Origin: Paracoccaceae bacterium
GTDB lineage: Bacteria; Pseudomonadota; Alphaproteobacteria; Rhodobacterales; Rhodobacteraceae
Assembly (NCBI GenBank): GCA_024227755.1
Contig: JAAEUB010000174.1
Span: 1 to 54,042 of the forward strand
DNA: 54,042 nucleotides
Reading direction: 5' to 3'
The notes below the pieces were generated by a model, which saw only the letters and a list, made by a program, of their open reading frames with translations, had not been told where the DNA came from and ran no database searches. Shown here piece after piece: positions 1 to 10,635 of the stretch (positions within the stretch are counted from its first letter, which is position 1; each line of letters starts with the position of its first letter). Both the position numbers and the translations under genes were made by a program.

Positions 1-97
1 AGGGAGCGAACCGGGGCCAATTTCTGCGCAACCGGGCGAAAACGACATTGCACGGATTTGGCCTAACTTCCCGAAACCGCGAAAGATAGCGTGGTTC

Positions 98-173
98 TGC
101 GAAACCGATAGTAGAGGGTTCGGCACGGCTCATAACCTGAAGGTCGTAGGTTCAAATCCTACTCCCGCAACCA
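98..173 (+). tRNA. tRNA-Met/fMet(CAU)-like sequence, probably a non-functional 3' remnant (only ~127-173 is tRNA-like)
   Basis: 127-173 reads ggCTCATAAcctgaaggtcGTAGGttcaaatCCTACtcccgcaACCA: anticodon loop with CAT, 5-nt variable loop, T-arm GTAGG/CCTAC, acceptor 3' strand, discriminator A and CCA. The 5' part fits poorly. Anticodon stem cacgg/cctga gives 2 of 5 pairs, I found no D-arm, and acceptor tgcgaaa/tcccgca gives 5 of 7 pairs. Confidence 0.45.
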
Positions 174-185
174 GATTTAGCGAAT

Positions 186-217
186 AGGCCGCAGTCGAAA
201 GACCCGCGGCCTTTTTG
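186..217 (+). terminator. Rho-independent terminator following the tRNA-like sequence
   Basis: aggccgc-a-gtc-GAAA-gac-cc-gcggcct stem-loop (7 bp plus a 3-bp extension, GAAA tetraloop), followed directly by TTTTT (212-216). Confidence 0.6.
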
Positions 218-314
218 ATGTACCCAAAGCGCAATAGTTTCAACAACTTACCCGCCAGCAGCGCCGTATGACCGCGCTCTGCATCGTGATGGATCGTAAT
301 GCTGTCAATAAGTT

Positions 315-327
315 TGACCTGCCACGG
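315..327. repeat. IS left terminal inverted repeat (TG... end)
   Basis: tgacctgccacgg is the exact reverse complement of 1573-1585. Similarity continues imperfectly inward. Confidence 0.85.
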
Positions 328-377
328 GATTTTTCCTCCACCGTCGATTAGAGTCCGGCCCAACTTGAGGACGGACA

Positions 378-644
378 ATGAAGCGAACGAGATTCACGGA
401 CGAACAGATCATCGGCATCCTTGGCGAGCACGAAGCAGGCGCAAAATGCGCGGACTTGTGCCGCAAGCACGGCATGTCGGAAGGCACCTTTTATAACTGG
501 AAGGCCAAATTCGGCGGCATGACGGTGTCTGAGGCCAAGCGGCTGAAGACGCTTGAGGATGAGAACGCCAAGCTGAAGAAGCTGCTGGCCGAGCAGATGC
601 TCGATCTGGCTGCAATGAAGGAACTGGTTTCAAAAAAGTGGTGA
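378..644 (+). CDS. IS3-family transposase OrfA (HTH / leucine-zipper part)
   Basis: MKRTRFTDEQIIGILGEHEAGAKCADLCRKHGMSEGTFYNWKAKFGGM... is a typical IS3/IS407 OrfA N-terminus. The coiled-coil LKTLEDENAKLKKLLAEQ follows. Confidence 0.9.
   Translation: MKRTRFTDEQIIGILGEHEAGAKCADLCRKHGMSEGTFYNWKAKFGGMTVSEAKRLKTLEDENAKLKKLLAEQMLDLAAMKELVSKKW
632..638 (+). promoter_or_regulatory. Programmed -1 ribosomal frameshift slippery heptamer A AAA AAG
   Basis: aaaaaag lies at the 3' end of orfA, inside the orfA/orfB overlap. This is the classic IS3-family A6G motif. Confidence 0.8.
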
Positions 645-1567
645 CGCCTGCCGTGAAGCGCGAGGCGGTCGCGCATCTGAAGGCCCTTCTCGGGCTATCG
701 GAACGGCGGGCGTGCCGGATTTCCGGGGCGGACCGCAAGATGGTCCGCTACCAGGCTAAGCGTGCGCCGGACACGGTTCTACGCGGTCGGTTGCGGGATC
801 TGGCCAACGAGCGTCGACGGTTCGGTTATCGGCGGCTCTTCGTGCTGCTGCGCCGCGAGGGCGAGCCCTCGGGGATCAACCGGATCTATCGGCTTTACCG
901 CGAGGAAGGGCTGGCGGGGCGCAAGCGAAAGGCCCGGCGCAAGGCTGTCGGGACACGGGCGCCAATCTTGGTCGAAGCACGGCCGAACGCACGTTGGTCA
1001 TTGGATTTCGTCCACGACCAATTCGCCAGCGGCCAGCGCTTCCGGGTGCTCAACTTGGTCGACGATGTCACCCGGGAGTGCTTAGCGGCAATCCCGGATA
1101 CCTCGATTTCGGGACGGCGTGTGGCACGCGAGCTGACGGCCTTTATCGAGCGGCGCGGAAAGCCTGGCATGATTGTCAGCGATAATGGGACCGAACTAAC
1201 CAGTAACGCGATCCTGCGCTGGTGTTCCGAGCACCGGATCGAATGGCACTACATCGCGCCGGGCAAGCCCATGCAGAACGGCTTCGTCGAAAGCTTTAAC
1301 GGGCGGATGCGCGACGAGCTACTTAACGAGACCATGTTCCACAACTTGACACATGCCCGCGTCGTGATCCCCGCATGGGCCGCCGACTACAACACCGAAC
1401 GCCCGCATTCGGCCTTGAATTACCAGACCCCGGCCGACTACGCGCGGACCCTGACCACCGCAATCGCCCGCCCCGCTACGCGAGATGAAAGCTCCGCGTG
1501 TCGGGCGATTGCTCAACCTGCGCCAATCGGCGTAAACATCAATCGGGCTCAAGTCACAGCTGGATGA
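638..1567 (+). CDS. IS3-family transposase OrfB (DDE integrase core), expressed as an OrfAB fusion by -1 frameshift
   Basis: rve-type core: WSLDFVHD..., ...MIVSDNGTELTS..., ...GKPMQNGFVESFNGRMRDELLN.... The ORF lies in the -1 frame relative to orfA and overlaps it. Confidence 0.9.
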   Translation: MVTPAVKREAVAHLKALLGLSERRACRISGADRKMVRYQAKRAPDTVLRGRLRDLANERRRFGYRRLFVLLRREGEPSGINRIYRLYREEGLAGRKRKARRKAVGTRAPILVEARPNARWSLDFVHDQFASGQRFRVLNLVDDVTRECLAAIPDTSISGRRVARELTAFIERRGKPGMIVSDNGTELTSNAILRWCSEHRIEWHYIAPGKPMQNGFVESFNGRMRDELLNETMFHNLTHARVVIPAWAADYNTERPHSALNYQTPADYARTLTTAIARPATRDESSACRAIAQPAPIGVNINRAQVTAG

Positions 1568-1572
1568 GAGTT

Positions 1573-1585
1573 CCGTGGCAGGTCA
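1573..1585. repeat. IS right terminal inverted repeat (...CA end)
   Basis: ccgtggcaggtca is the exact reverse complement of 315-327. Confidence 0.85.
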
Positions 1586-1777
1586 ATTGAAGGCTAATTG
1601 GAATGTTCACTCGGATTTGAAGGGGGAGGCGGCAAGCCTGGCGCGATCCTATAAGCCCTCCGTATTTGAATGAATCAAATAAGTTATTGAATTAAAATGA
1701 TATCATATTGCTTGGCTGCATCCGCGACGCGCAAACTTATGCGCGCCACGCAATTTTATGTGCTTCCCTACAAACGC

Positions 1778-4213
<2,436 letters not shown>

Positions 4214-4298
4214 TTACCCGTGATGTATACGATTCCTGGCCGGGATTGTCACGCCCAAGGCATAAGGTTTAGGGGTTTTGTGGGCTTTGACTGAAGGC

Positions 4299-4730
4299 CT
4301 AATCCCCGGCTGGCAAGGTTAGGCTGCCGTCGCTGTTCAGTGGCCAAAACGGGTTCATCGCGACCTCCCAAACATGTCCATCGGGGTCTGCGTAGTAACC
4401 CGAATAGCCGCCCCAAAAAACTTTCTCGGGGGCCTTCAACGCATGTGCGCCAACACTGACTGCCTTGGCAAATGCAGCGTCCACTTCTGCTTCGGTTGAG
4501 AAGTTTTGAGCAAGCGTCATCGCGCCGGTGCCAAGGTCGGCCCCAGGCCGTCCTTGATCTTCGGCCAATGGAGCACGCCCAAACAGCCCCAATGCCATGC
4601 CATTTATCTGGAAAAACACCACGTCTTCCTGCCGTCTGGTCACAGTCCAGCCAAGATCGCCATAAAAATTTACGCTGCGCTCCAGATCATCAACGCCAAG
4701 GGTAATCAACGTTACACGTTGCGGGGTCAT
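4299..4730 (-). CDS. VOC (glyoxalase/bleomycin-resistance/dioxygenase fold) family protein
   Basis: 143 aa. VTLITLGVDDLERSVNFY...DPDGHVWEV pattern. Its ATG overlaps the recF stop (ATGA). Confidence 0.75.
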   Translation of the reverse strand: MTPQRVTLITLGVDDLERSVNFYGDLGWTVTRRQEDVVFFQINGMALGLFGRAPLAEDQGRPGADLGTGAMTLAQNFSTEAEVDAAFAKAVSVGAHALKAPEKVFWGGYSGYYADPDGHVWEVAMNPFWPLNSDGSLTLPAGD

Positions 4731-5839
4731 TGCGGCCCTCCTATTTCAATTTTTGAATTCCCGTCCTGATCACTTACCTCAACCCATGCCGCTTTGTCAC
4801 CTAAAGCAGCAAACAATTCCGGGCCGGTCCCTGTCATGAAGGCCTGCGCGCCCAGGCTGCAAATCTCATCGTAAAGCGCTTCGCGGCGGGCTTTATCGAG
4901 ATGCGCGGCGACCTCATCCAAAAGTAAAATCGGCGCTGCTCCAAATTCGCTGGCCAGTGCGCGCGCGTTGGCAAGGATCAGCGAGATCAGCAGGGCCTTT
5001 TGCTCGCCGGTTGAACAATCACGGGCCAGCATGTTCTTGGCCACATAGGTGGCGACAAGGTCGGCGCGGTGCGGGCCGATCAGGGTTCGCCCGGCAGCCA
5101 TGTCGCGTGACCGGCTGGCGGCAAATGCTTCTTGCAGGGCCACGACGCTTTCGGGGAAGGCATCTTCGGGGTGTGTCAGGACCAGATCAGCGGTCGGAAA
5201 GGCGGTTTCCGCCCTGGCTTGCGCAAACGCGAGTTGCGACAGGGCCTCTTGTCGGTAGGCATGCACCTGTGATCCGGCACGCGCCATCTGACCTTCAAGC
5301 GCGCCGTACCAATGGGCATCGCGCACCTGATCTTTAAGAAGCCGGTTCCGTTCACGCATGGCTTTTTCATAAGACAACACAACATCGGCGTGAGCAGGCT
5401 CAAAGCTCATGGCGATCCGGTCAAGAAAGCGCCGCCGCCCATCCGCACCTTCGCTCCATAACCGGTCCATGATCGGCACCAGCCATAAGATGCGGGCAAT
5501 ACGGCCCAGCGCCACCTGCGGGGCTGCTTTGCCGTCGATGCGCAGCTGGCGGGTGCTGCCGGGTTCAAACCATGTTTCAACCTCGTGCAAAAGGTGCAGG
5601 CTTTGCAGCTCGGCTGAAATTTTCCACCCCAGCGCTTCGGGTTTGCGAACCATTTCATCGGCCTTGGCACGGCGCAAACCACGCCCCGGCGACAGCATTG
5701 ATATAGCTTCAAGAATATTGGTCTTGCCGGCACCATTGGGGCCAAAAATCGCAACAGGCCGCCCGTCCAGTTTCAATTCGGCGCGGTGATGCGAACGAAA
5801 ATGGGAAAGTGTCAGGTTACGCAGAAAAAGGCCGGTCAT
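4727..5839 (-). CDS. recF: DNA replication and repair protein RecF
   Basis: Walker A FGPNGAGKTNILEAI and C-terminal signature region LLLDEVAAHLD. I chose the start at ATG 5839; the ORF also opens at GTG 5845. Confidence 0.93.
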   Translation of the reverse strand: MTGLFLRNLTLSHFRSHHRAELKLDGRPVAIFGPNGAGKTNILEAISMLSPGRGLRRAKADEMVRKPEALGWKISAELQSLHLLHEVETWFEPGSTRQLRIDGKAAPQVALGRIARILWLVPIMDRLWSEGADGRRRFLDRIAMSFEPAHADVVLSYEKAMRERNRLLKDQVRDAHWYGALEGQMARAGSQVHAYRQEALSQLAFAQARAETAFPTADLVLTHPEDAFPESVVALQEAFAASRSRDMAAGRTLIGPHRADLVATYVAKNMLARDCSTGEQKALLISLILANARALASEFGAAPILLLDEVAAHLDKARREALYDEICSLGAQAFMTGTGPELFAALGDKAAWVEVSDQDGNSKIEIGGPQ

Positions 5840-5904
5840 CTTCACCTTTTTCCTTTTGCTCCAAATATCCTCGCCGAAGGCAAAAACCTACTGCACAGTG
5901 TCCG

Positions 5905-7023
5905 TCACACGCGCATCGGCATGACGACGTAAACCGCGCTTGTGTCATTGCCTTCGCGCATCAATGCCGGATCACCCGAGGCGTTGAACAGGAAAACAGC
6001 ATTTTCGCGATCGACCTGGCTGGCAATCTCCAACAGGTATTTAGCGTTAAAGCCGATCTCAAGACGTTCATCCCCGTAAGCGACGGTCAGCTCTTCCTCG
6101 GCGGCACCTGCATCGGGGGCATTGACGGACAAGACCAACCGGTCTTCGTCAAGCGCCAGTTTGACAGCCCGGCTACGTTCGGATGACACGGTAGCGACCC
6201 GGTCGACAGCCTGTGCAAACTCGGCCGCGTCCACTTCCATGCGCTTGGTGTTACCGGCTGGGATAACGCGGGTATAATCGGGAAATGTGCCGTCGATTAC
6301 TTTTGAGGTCAAAGTTATTCCCGGCGTGGCAAAACGTATTTTGGTTTCTGAAACTGAAACCGCGACCTTGGTTTCGTCGTCATCCAGAAGCTTTCGCAGT
6401 TCGCCAACTGTTTTGCGCGGTACAATCACGCCAGCCATATCGGCGGCCCCGTCCGGCAGATCTGCATCAATGCGCGCCAGCCTGTGCCCGTCCGTAGCCA
6501 CACAGCGCAGCACCTTGCCGCCATCTGCATCAGCGACATGCATGTAAACACCGTTGAGGTAGTATCTGGTTTCCTCGGTCGATATGGCGAATTTCGATTT
6601 ATCAAACAGCCGCCGCAAAACTGGCGCAGGAATGGAGAAGTTAGCGGAATATTCCGAGCTTGCCATCACCGGGAAATCTTCTTTCGCAAGTGTTGCCAGC
6701 GAGAAGTTTGAGCGCCCGGCCTCGACCGTAAGACGCCCTGAGGTCCCGTCATCGGACAATTGTACCAGTGCGCCATCGGGCAGCTTGCGTACAATTTCGT
6801 GCAGGGTGACCGCAGAAACCGTCGTCGCCCCGGCGCGCTCAACCTGGGCTGGGGCCTTGTCCACCACTTCGATGTCCAGATCGGTGGCACGCATTGAAAC
6901 TTCGCCGCCCTCGGCTTCGATCAGCACATTGGCGAGGATCGGAATGGTATTGCGCCGCTCAACAACAGATTGCGCCTGACCCACGGCTTTGAGCAACGCG
7001 CCGCGTTCGATACTGAATTTCAT
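5905..7023 (-). CDS. dnaN: DNA polymerase III subunit beta (sliding clamp)
   Basis: MKFSIERGALLKAVGQAQSVVERRNTIPILANVLIEA...; 372 aa. Start trimmed to ATG 7023, which is preceded by AAGGAAG. Confidence 0.96.
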   Translation of the reverse strand: MKFSIERGALLKAVGQAQSVVERRNTIPILANVLIEAEGGEVSMRATDLDIEVVDKAPAQVERAGATTVSAVTLHEIVRKLPDGALVQLSDDGTSGRLTVEAGRSNFSLATLAKEDFPVMASSEYSANFSIPAPVLRRLFDKSKFAISTEETRYYLNGVYMHVADADGGKVLRCVATDGHRLARIDADLPDGAADMAGVIVPRKTVGELRKLLDDDETKVAVSVSETKIRFATPGITLTSKVIDGTFPDYTRVIPAGNTKRMEVDAAEFAQAVDRVATVSSERSRAVKLALDEDRLVLSVNAPDAGAAEEELTVAYGDERLEIGFNAKYLLEIASQVDRENAVFLFNASGDPALMREGNDTSAVYVVMPMRV

Positions 7024-7168
7024 GGCTTCCTTACCCTCTCGTGAGACCTGCCGGGGCGCTGAAACTACCTGTTTTTGCGCCCGGATCAAGTTTTTTCAGA
7101 CTGTCCATGTGTTTAACAGGGGCGTCAAGGGTTAACGCGCCGCTTATTCGCCCGATGGGCAGGCTTGT

Positions 7169-8554
7169 TTACGCCTCTAGTGACCGGCGCAGCAATTCCA
7201 CATCCTCGGCTATCTGGTTGTCCACAGTTTTCAGATCCTCGATCCGGCGCACTCCATGCATCACCGTTGTATGATCGCGCCCACCAAAGCGGCGGCCAAT
7301 TTCGGGCAGGCTGCGCGAGGTTAGCTGCTTGGCAAGATACATTGCCACCTGACGCGGGCGGGCAATGGTGCGCACCCGGCGTGGACCAATGAGGTCGGAA
7401 AGACGGATGTTATAATGCTCGGATACCTTGCGCTGAATTTCCTCGACCGTCACTTTGCGGTCTGAGGCGCGCAGGATATCAGCCAGACAATCCTGGGTCA
7501 GTTCCAGAGTAATTTCACGCCCAACCAATGAAGCAAAAGCAAAGAGCCGCATCAACGCCCCTTCCAGCACCCGGACATTGGTTGAAATGCGGTGGGCAAG
7601 AAACTCCAGCACGCCGTCGGCAATTTCCAGACCCTTATATTGCTTGCGGTACTGATTAACCTTGGTTTGCAGCACGCCAAGGCGCAGTTCATAATCGGTT
7701 GGGTGCAGATCCACCACCAGCCCGCATTGCAGGCGGCTTTTGATCCGTTCCTCAAGGTCTTTGATCTCGCCCGGTGCGCGGTCCGCCGAAATAATGATCT
7801 GTTTGTTCTGGTCCACAAGTGCGTTGAAGGTATGAAAGAACTCTTCTTGTGTTGAATCCTTGCCAGCGATGAATTGCACATCATCGACCATCAGCACATC
7901 AACCGAGCGGAAGATTTGTTTGAAATCCATCATCTGCCGGTCGCGAAGGGCCTGTACGAAGCGGTACATGAATTGCTCTGCCGACAGATAGACGACGCGC
8001 AGTTCGGGATTACGTGTCTGCATTTCCCACGCGATGGCGTGCATCAAATGGGTCTTGCCCAGACCAACGCCGCCATAAAGAAACAGCGGATTGAAACCAA
8101 CCGGACCGCCCTCGGCAACCCGGCGCGCAGCGGCATGGGCAAGCTCGTTCGGCTTGCCAACGACGAAAGCGTCGAAGGTAAAGCGCGCGTCCAGTGGTGC
8201 ACCCGGCAGGTCGGCCCTCACAGCAGGCCGGCCAGCGTTATTGCCCGCATTCGGGTGTGTTGGTTCTTGCGTGCCGTTTGCCGTCTGCGCTGAGGCGGCA
8301 GGCTTTGGCACCGAAAACTGCAGCCGGGACACCGCAACACCAATGTCTGTCAGTTGCCGCAAAATCTGGTCGCCAAAATTACGGTCGACCCAATTACCCA
8401 GAAATGTGGTCGGAACAAAGAAATGCGCGGCGCCATTATTCAGCTCGGCCAATTCCAGCGGTTCAATCCAGTTGGAGTAATTGCTTTTACCCAGCGATTG
8501 CTGCAGTTTTTCCCGCACCTGTCCCCATTGATCGCTGATATCTGTATTCGTCAT
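7169..8554 (-). CDS. dnaA: Chromosomal replication initiator protein DnaA
   Basis: AAA+ Walker A GGVGLGKTHLMHAI, Walker B VLMVDDVQF, C-terminal DNA-binding domain ...FGGRDHTTVMHGVRRIE. Start trimmed to ATG 8554 (GGAGA Shine-Dalgarno). Confidence 0.97.
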   Translation of the reverse strand: MTNTDISDQWGQVREKLQQSLGKSNYSNWIEPLELAELNNGAAHFFVPTTFLGNWVDRNFGDQILRQLTDIGVAVSRLQFSVPKPAASAQTANGTQEPTHPNAGNNAGRPAVRADLPGAPLDARFTFDAFVVGKPNELAHAAARRVAEGGPVGFNPLFLYGGVGLGKTHLMHAIAWEMQTRNPELRVVYLSAEQFMYRFVQALRDRQMMDFKQIFRSVDVLMVDDVQFIAGKDSTQEEFFHTFNALVDQNKQIIISADRAPGEIKDLEERIKSRLQCGLVVDLHPTDYELRLGVLQTKVNQYRKQYKGLEIADGVLEFLAHRISTNVRVLEGALMRLFAFASLVGREITLELTQDCLADILRASDRKVTVEEIQRKVSEHYNIRLSDLIGPRRVRTIARPRQVAMYLAKQLTSRSLPEIGRRFGGRDHTTVMHGVRRIEDLKTVDNQIAEDVELLRRSLEA

Positions 8555-8633
8555 AGTTTCTCCGACCCACAAGTGTTTTTCCAAACGCAGTCCGCGAGCT
8601 GCGATAAATCAATAATATGCGTGAACTTCCCGA

Positions 8634-9083
8634 TCACGATTGCCGCCACGCTAACCCCGCAGCCTTCCAGCCGTTCTTTAAACCCCTGTGGCCTGCATCG
8701 TCCCGGTCCCCTTCGAACCCGGTGGCCACATTTAGGCAATTCGTTTGCCCCTCTGCCCCGCGCAGATGCAAACTCATCGCTTTGGCCGCATGGAGCGAAC
8801 GAACCCCGGAACGGCATATAAACAACAGGTTTTCAGGCCTGAGGCCCAAAAGCTGCTGGTTCACCTCGTCGACGAAAAGCGGATTAACAGACATGTCCGG
8901 CCACATTTCCCATTCCACCTTCAGGAACGGGTTTGGCAGCGGGCGCAGGTCCGGAATACCGACATAAGACCATTCCGCGCGGGTCCTGACATCAATCAAA
9001 ACCACGCCGGGATCTTCGTTCAGTATTCCCCAGGCGTCGCGTGGCAAAACCTCACCAACGCGTGGGTCTGTGTCCCCGCTCAT
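8634..9083 (-). CDS. Rhodanese-like domain protein (sulfurtransferase fold)
   Basis: 149 aa. VLIDVRTRAEW...LLFICRSGVRS active-site-loop pattern. Confidence 0.75.
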   Translation of the reverse strand: MSGDTDPRVGEVLPRDAWGILNEDPGVVLIDVRTRAEWSYVGIPDLRPLPNPFLKVEWEMWPDMSVNPLFVDEVNQQLLGLRPENLLFICRSGVRSLHAAKAMSLHLRGAEGQTNCLNVATGFEGDRDDAGHRGLKNGWKAAGLAWRQS

Positions 9084-9253
9084 CCATTTATCCCCAGGTC
9101 AACGAAGTGAATCGCTAGGACAAGTTAGCAAGCTCTGAAAGGCTCACGCAACTTATCTTCACGCTTGACTCACACTTTCGTAAAACTTCGGAAAACGAAT
9201 CCCGGGTGGCTTGCACAAATACGATTATTCGCTGGCAGAGGTGAAGCAGAGTC

Positions 9254-9286
9254 AAAAAAAGGACGCGCGGATTGCACGTCCCTTTT
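9254..9286 (-). terminator. Rho-independent terminator downstream of rpsT
   Basis: On the minus strand: ggacgtgcaatccgcgcgtcc stem-loop followed by TTTTTTT (A-run 9254-9260 on the plus strand). Confidence 0.65.
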
Positions 9287-9308
9287 GTAACATTTTTGAG
9301 GCTTGGGC

Positions 9309-9572
9309 TTAACCGAGGGCTTTGACCCGGGCCGAAAGCCGCGACATTTTGCGCGCAGCGGTGTTTTTATGAAACACGCCTTTGGTGACGCCGCGCATCA
9401 GTTCGGGCTGACATTCACGCAAAGCAGCAGTGGCAGCATCTTTGTCACCTGAGGCAATCGCCTCTTCAACTTTACGAAGATGGGTGCGGATGCGCGAGCG
9501 GCGGGCTTTGTTTACTTGAAAACGGCGCTCGTTCTGACGGGCGCGCTTTTTTGCTTGAGGCGAATTGGCCAT
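9309..9572 (-). CDS. rpsT: 30S ribosomal protein S20
   Basis: [30 protein letters not shown]...; 87 aa, highly basic. Confidence 0.96.
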   Translation of the reverse strand: MANSPQAKKRARQNERRFQVNKARRSRIRTHLRKVEEAIASGDKDAATAALRECQPELMRGVTKGVFHKNTAARKMSRLSARVKALG

Positions 9573-9732
9573 GGTCGGGTCCCTTTCCGGGGTTTGTTAC
9601 ATTCTGTTTGCACGCCTCCCGTCCGGGTTTTCAAAAACCGGTCAATCCAGCCAGAGCGGGCCTCACGCGCATATGCAGCGGGCTATAGGATAGAATCAGC
9701 ACAAAGGGAAGGGAAAAGATAGCAAAGGTGCC

Positions 9733-9775
9733 AAGCGCTTTGGAAAGCGCTTGCAAGGCGTTTTGAAACGCCTTG
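9733..9775 (-). terminator. Twin perfect hairpins directly downstream of the enoyl-CoA hydratase gene (putative terminator)
   Basis: aagcgct-ttggaa-agcgctt (9733-9752) and caaggcgtt-ttga-aacgccttg (9754-9775). On the minus strand they follow the stop codon at 9796 and are followed by T-rich sequence. Confidence 0.5.
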
Positions 9776-9795
9776 CCAAGGATTTTCGAAAATTC

Positions 9796-10572
9796 TTACT
9801 TGCCGCGAAATTGCGGTTCGCGTTTTTCCGCGAAAGCCGCCATGCCTTCTTTCTGGTCCTCGGTGGCGAACAGCGAATGAAACACCCTGCGTTCAAACAA
9901 AATACCCTCGCTCAGTGGCATCTGATCCGCGCGGTGCACCGATTCTTTGATCGCCATAACCGTGATCATGCTTTTCTCGGCAATCTTCTGGGCTGCCGAC
10001 ATTGCCTCTTCCATCAGCTTTTTCGCAGGCACGACGCGGCTGACCAGCCCCGAACGCTCGGCCTCGTCCGCATCCATAAACCGCCCCGTAAGGTTCATAT
10101 CCATCGCCTTGGCGCGTCCGACAAGGCGGGTCAGACGCTGGGTGCCGCCCATACCAGCCATGACGCCGAGATTAACTTCGGGTTGGCCAAACTTGGCGTT
10201 GTCGGCGGCAATTATAAAGTCGCACATCATCGCCAGTTCACATCCGCCGCCAAGCGCATAACCTGAGACCGCAGCGATAATCGGCTTGCGAGTGCGCAAG
10301 ATAGCTTGCTCCTCAGAGGTAAAAAGGTCGTCGGTAAAAACCTCGACAAAGCTTTTGCTTGCCATCATTTTGATATCGGCCCCGGCAGCAAAGGCTTTTT
10401 CCGAGCCGGTAACGACGATGCAGCGGACCTTGTCGTTTTGCTGCGCCTCGCCCATCGCCTGTCCAAGCTCGCCCAATAACCCGAGGTTCAGCGCGTTCAA
10501 CGCTTCGGGCCGGTTCAGACGGATCAGCGTAACGTGATCTTCGGTTTCGACGATGATGTTCTTATAGGCCAT
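9796..10572 (-). CDS. Enoyl-CoA hydratase (crotonase family)
   Basis: MAYKNIIVETEDHVTLIRLNRPEALNAL...GSEKAFAAGADI...GGGCELAMMCD. Start trimmed to ATG 10572. Confidence 0.88.
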   Translation of the reverse strand: MAYKNIIVETEDHVTLIRLNRPEALNALNLGLLGELGQAMGEAQQNDKVRCIVVTGSEKAFAAGADIKMMASKSFVEVFTDDLFTSEEQAILRTRKPIIAAVSGYALGGGCELAMMCDFIIAADNAKFGQPEVNLGVMAGMGGTQRLTRLVGRAKAMDMNLTGRFMDADEAERSGLVSRVVPAKKLMEEAMSAAQKIAEKSMITVMAIKESVHRADQMPLSEGILFERRVFHSLFATEDQKEGMAAFAEKREPQFRGK

Positions 10573-10635
10573 GATTCCCGCCTTTGTTATTCTTCTCGGG
10601 TGCAAGTGGTAAGGTGGCGGGCCGGGGCGATCAAG

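Larger units (their letters stand above)
315..1585 (+). mobile_element. IS3-family insertion sequence (IS407-group-like), 1271 bp, apparently intact
   Basis: Terminal inverted repeats tgacctgccacgg (315-327) and ccgtggcaggtca (1573-1585). Two overlapping ORFs (orfA, orfB) carry an A6G slippery site in the overlap. OrfB has the DDE/rve integrase core. Confidence 0.9.

Noticed and set aside
98-314. Possibility that the tRNA-like 3' end is the acceptor piece of a two-piece (permuted) alphaproteobacterial tmRNA. A downstream frame reads ...NNLPASSAV*.
   Set aside because: The acceptor strand has G rather than U at the position needed for the G3:U70 alanine identity pair. The loop carries a CAU anticodon like tRNA-Met. 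The downstream peptide does not end in the usual ALAA/AVAA-type tag.
130-378. 82-aa minus-strand ORF from the track (MSVLKLGRT...VAGVGFEPTTFRL).
   Set aside because: Its C-terminus (GFEPTTFRL) is just the reverse-complement translation of the tRNA-like T-arm, and its N-terminus runs across the IS left end. It is an artefact of overlapping non-coding features.
8555-9308. A chromosomal origin (oriC) or DnaA-box cluster next to dnaA.
   Set aside because: The dnaA upstream gap is only ~80 bp. In the rhodanese-rpsT gap I see only degenerate boxes (TTATCCCCA at about 9087, TTATCTTCA at about 9149) and no AT-rich unwinding element. In many alphaproteobacteria oriC is not adjacent to dnaA. The evidence is insufficient.
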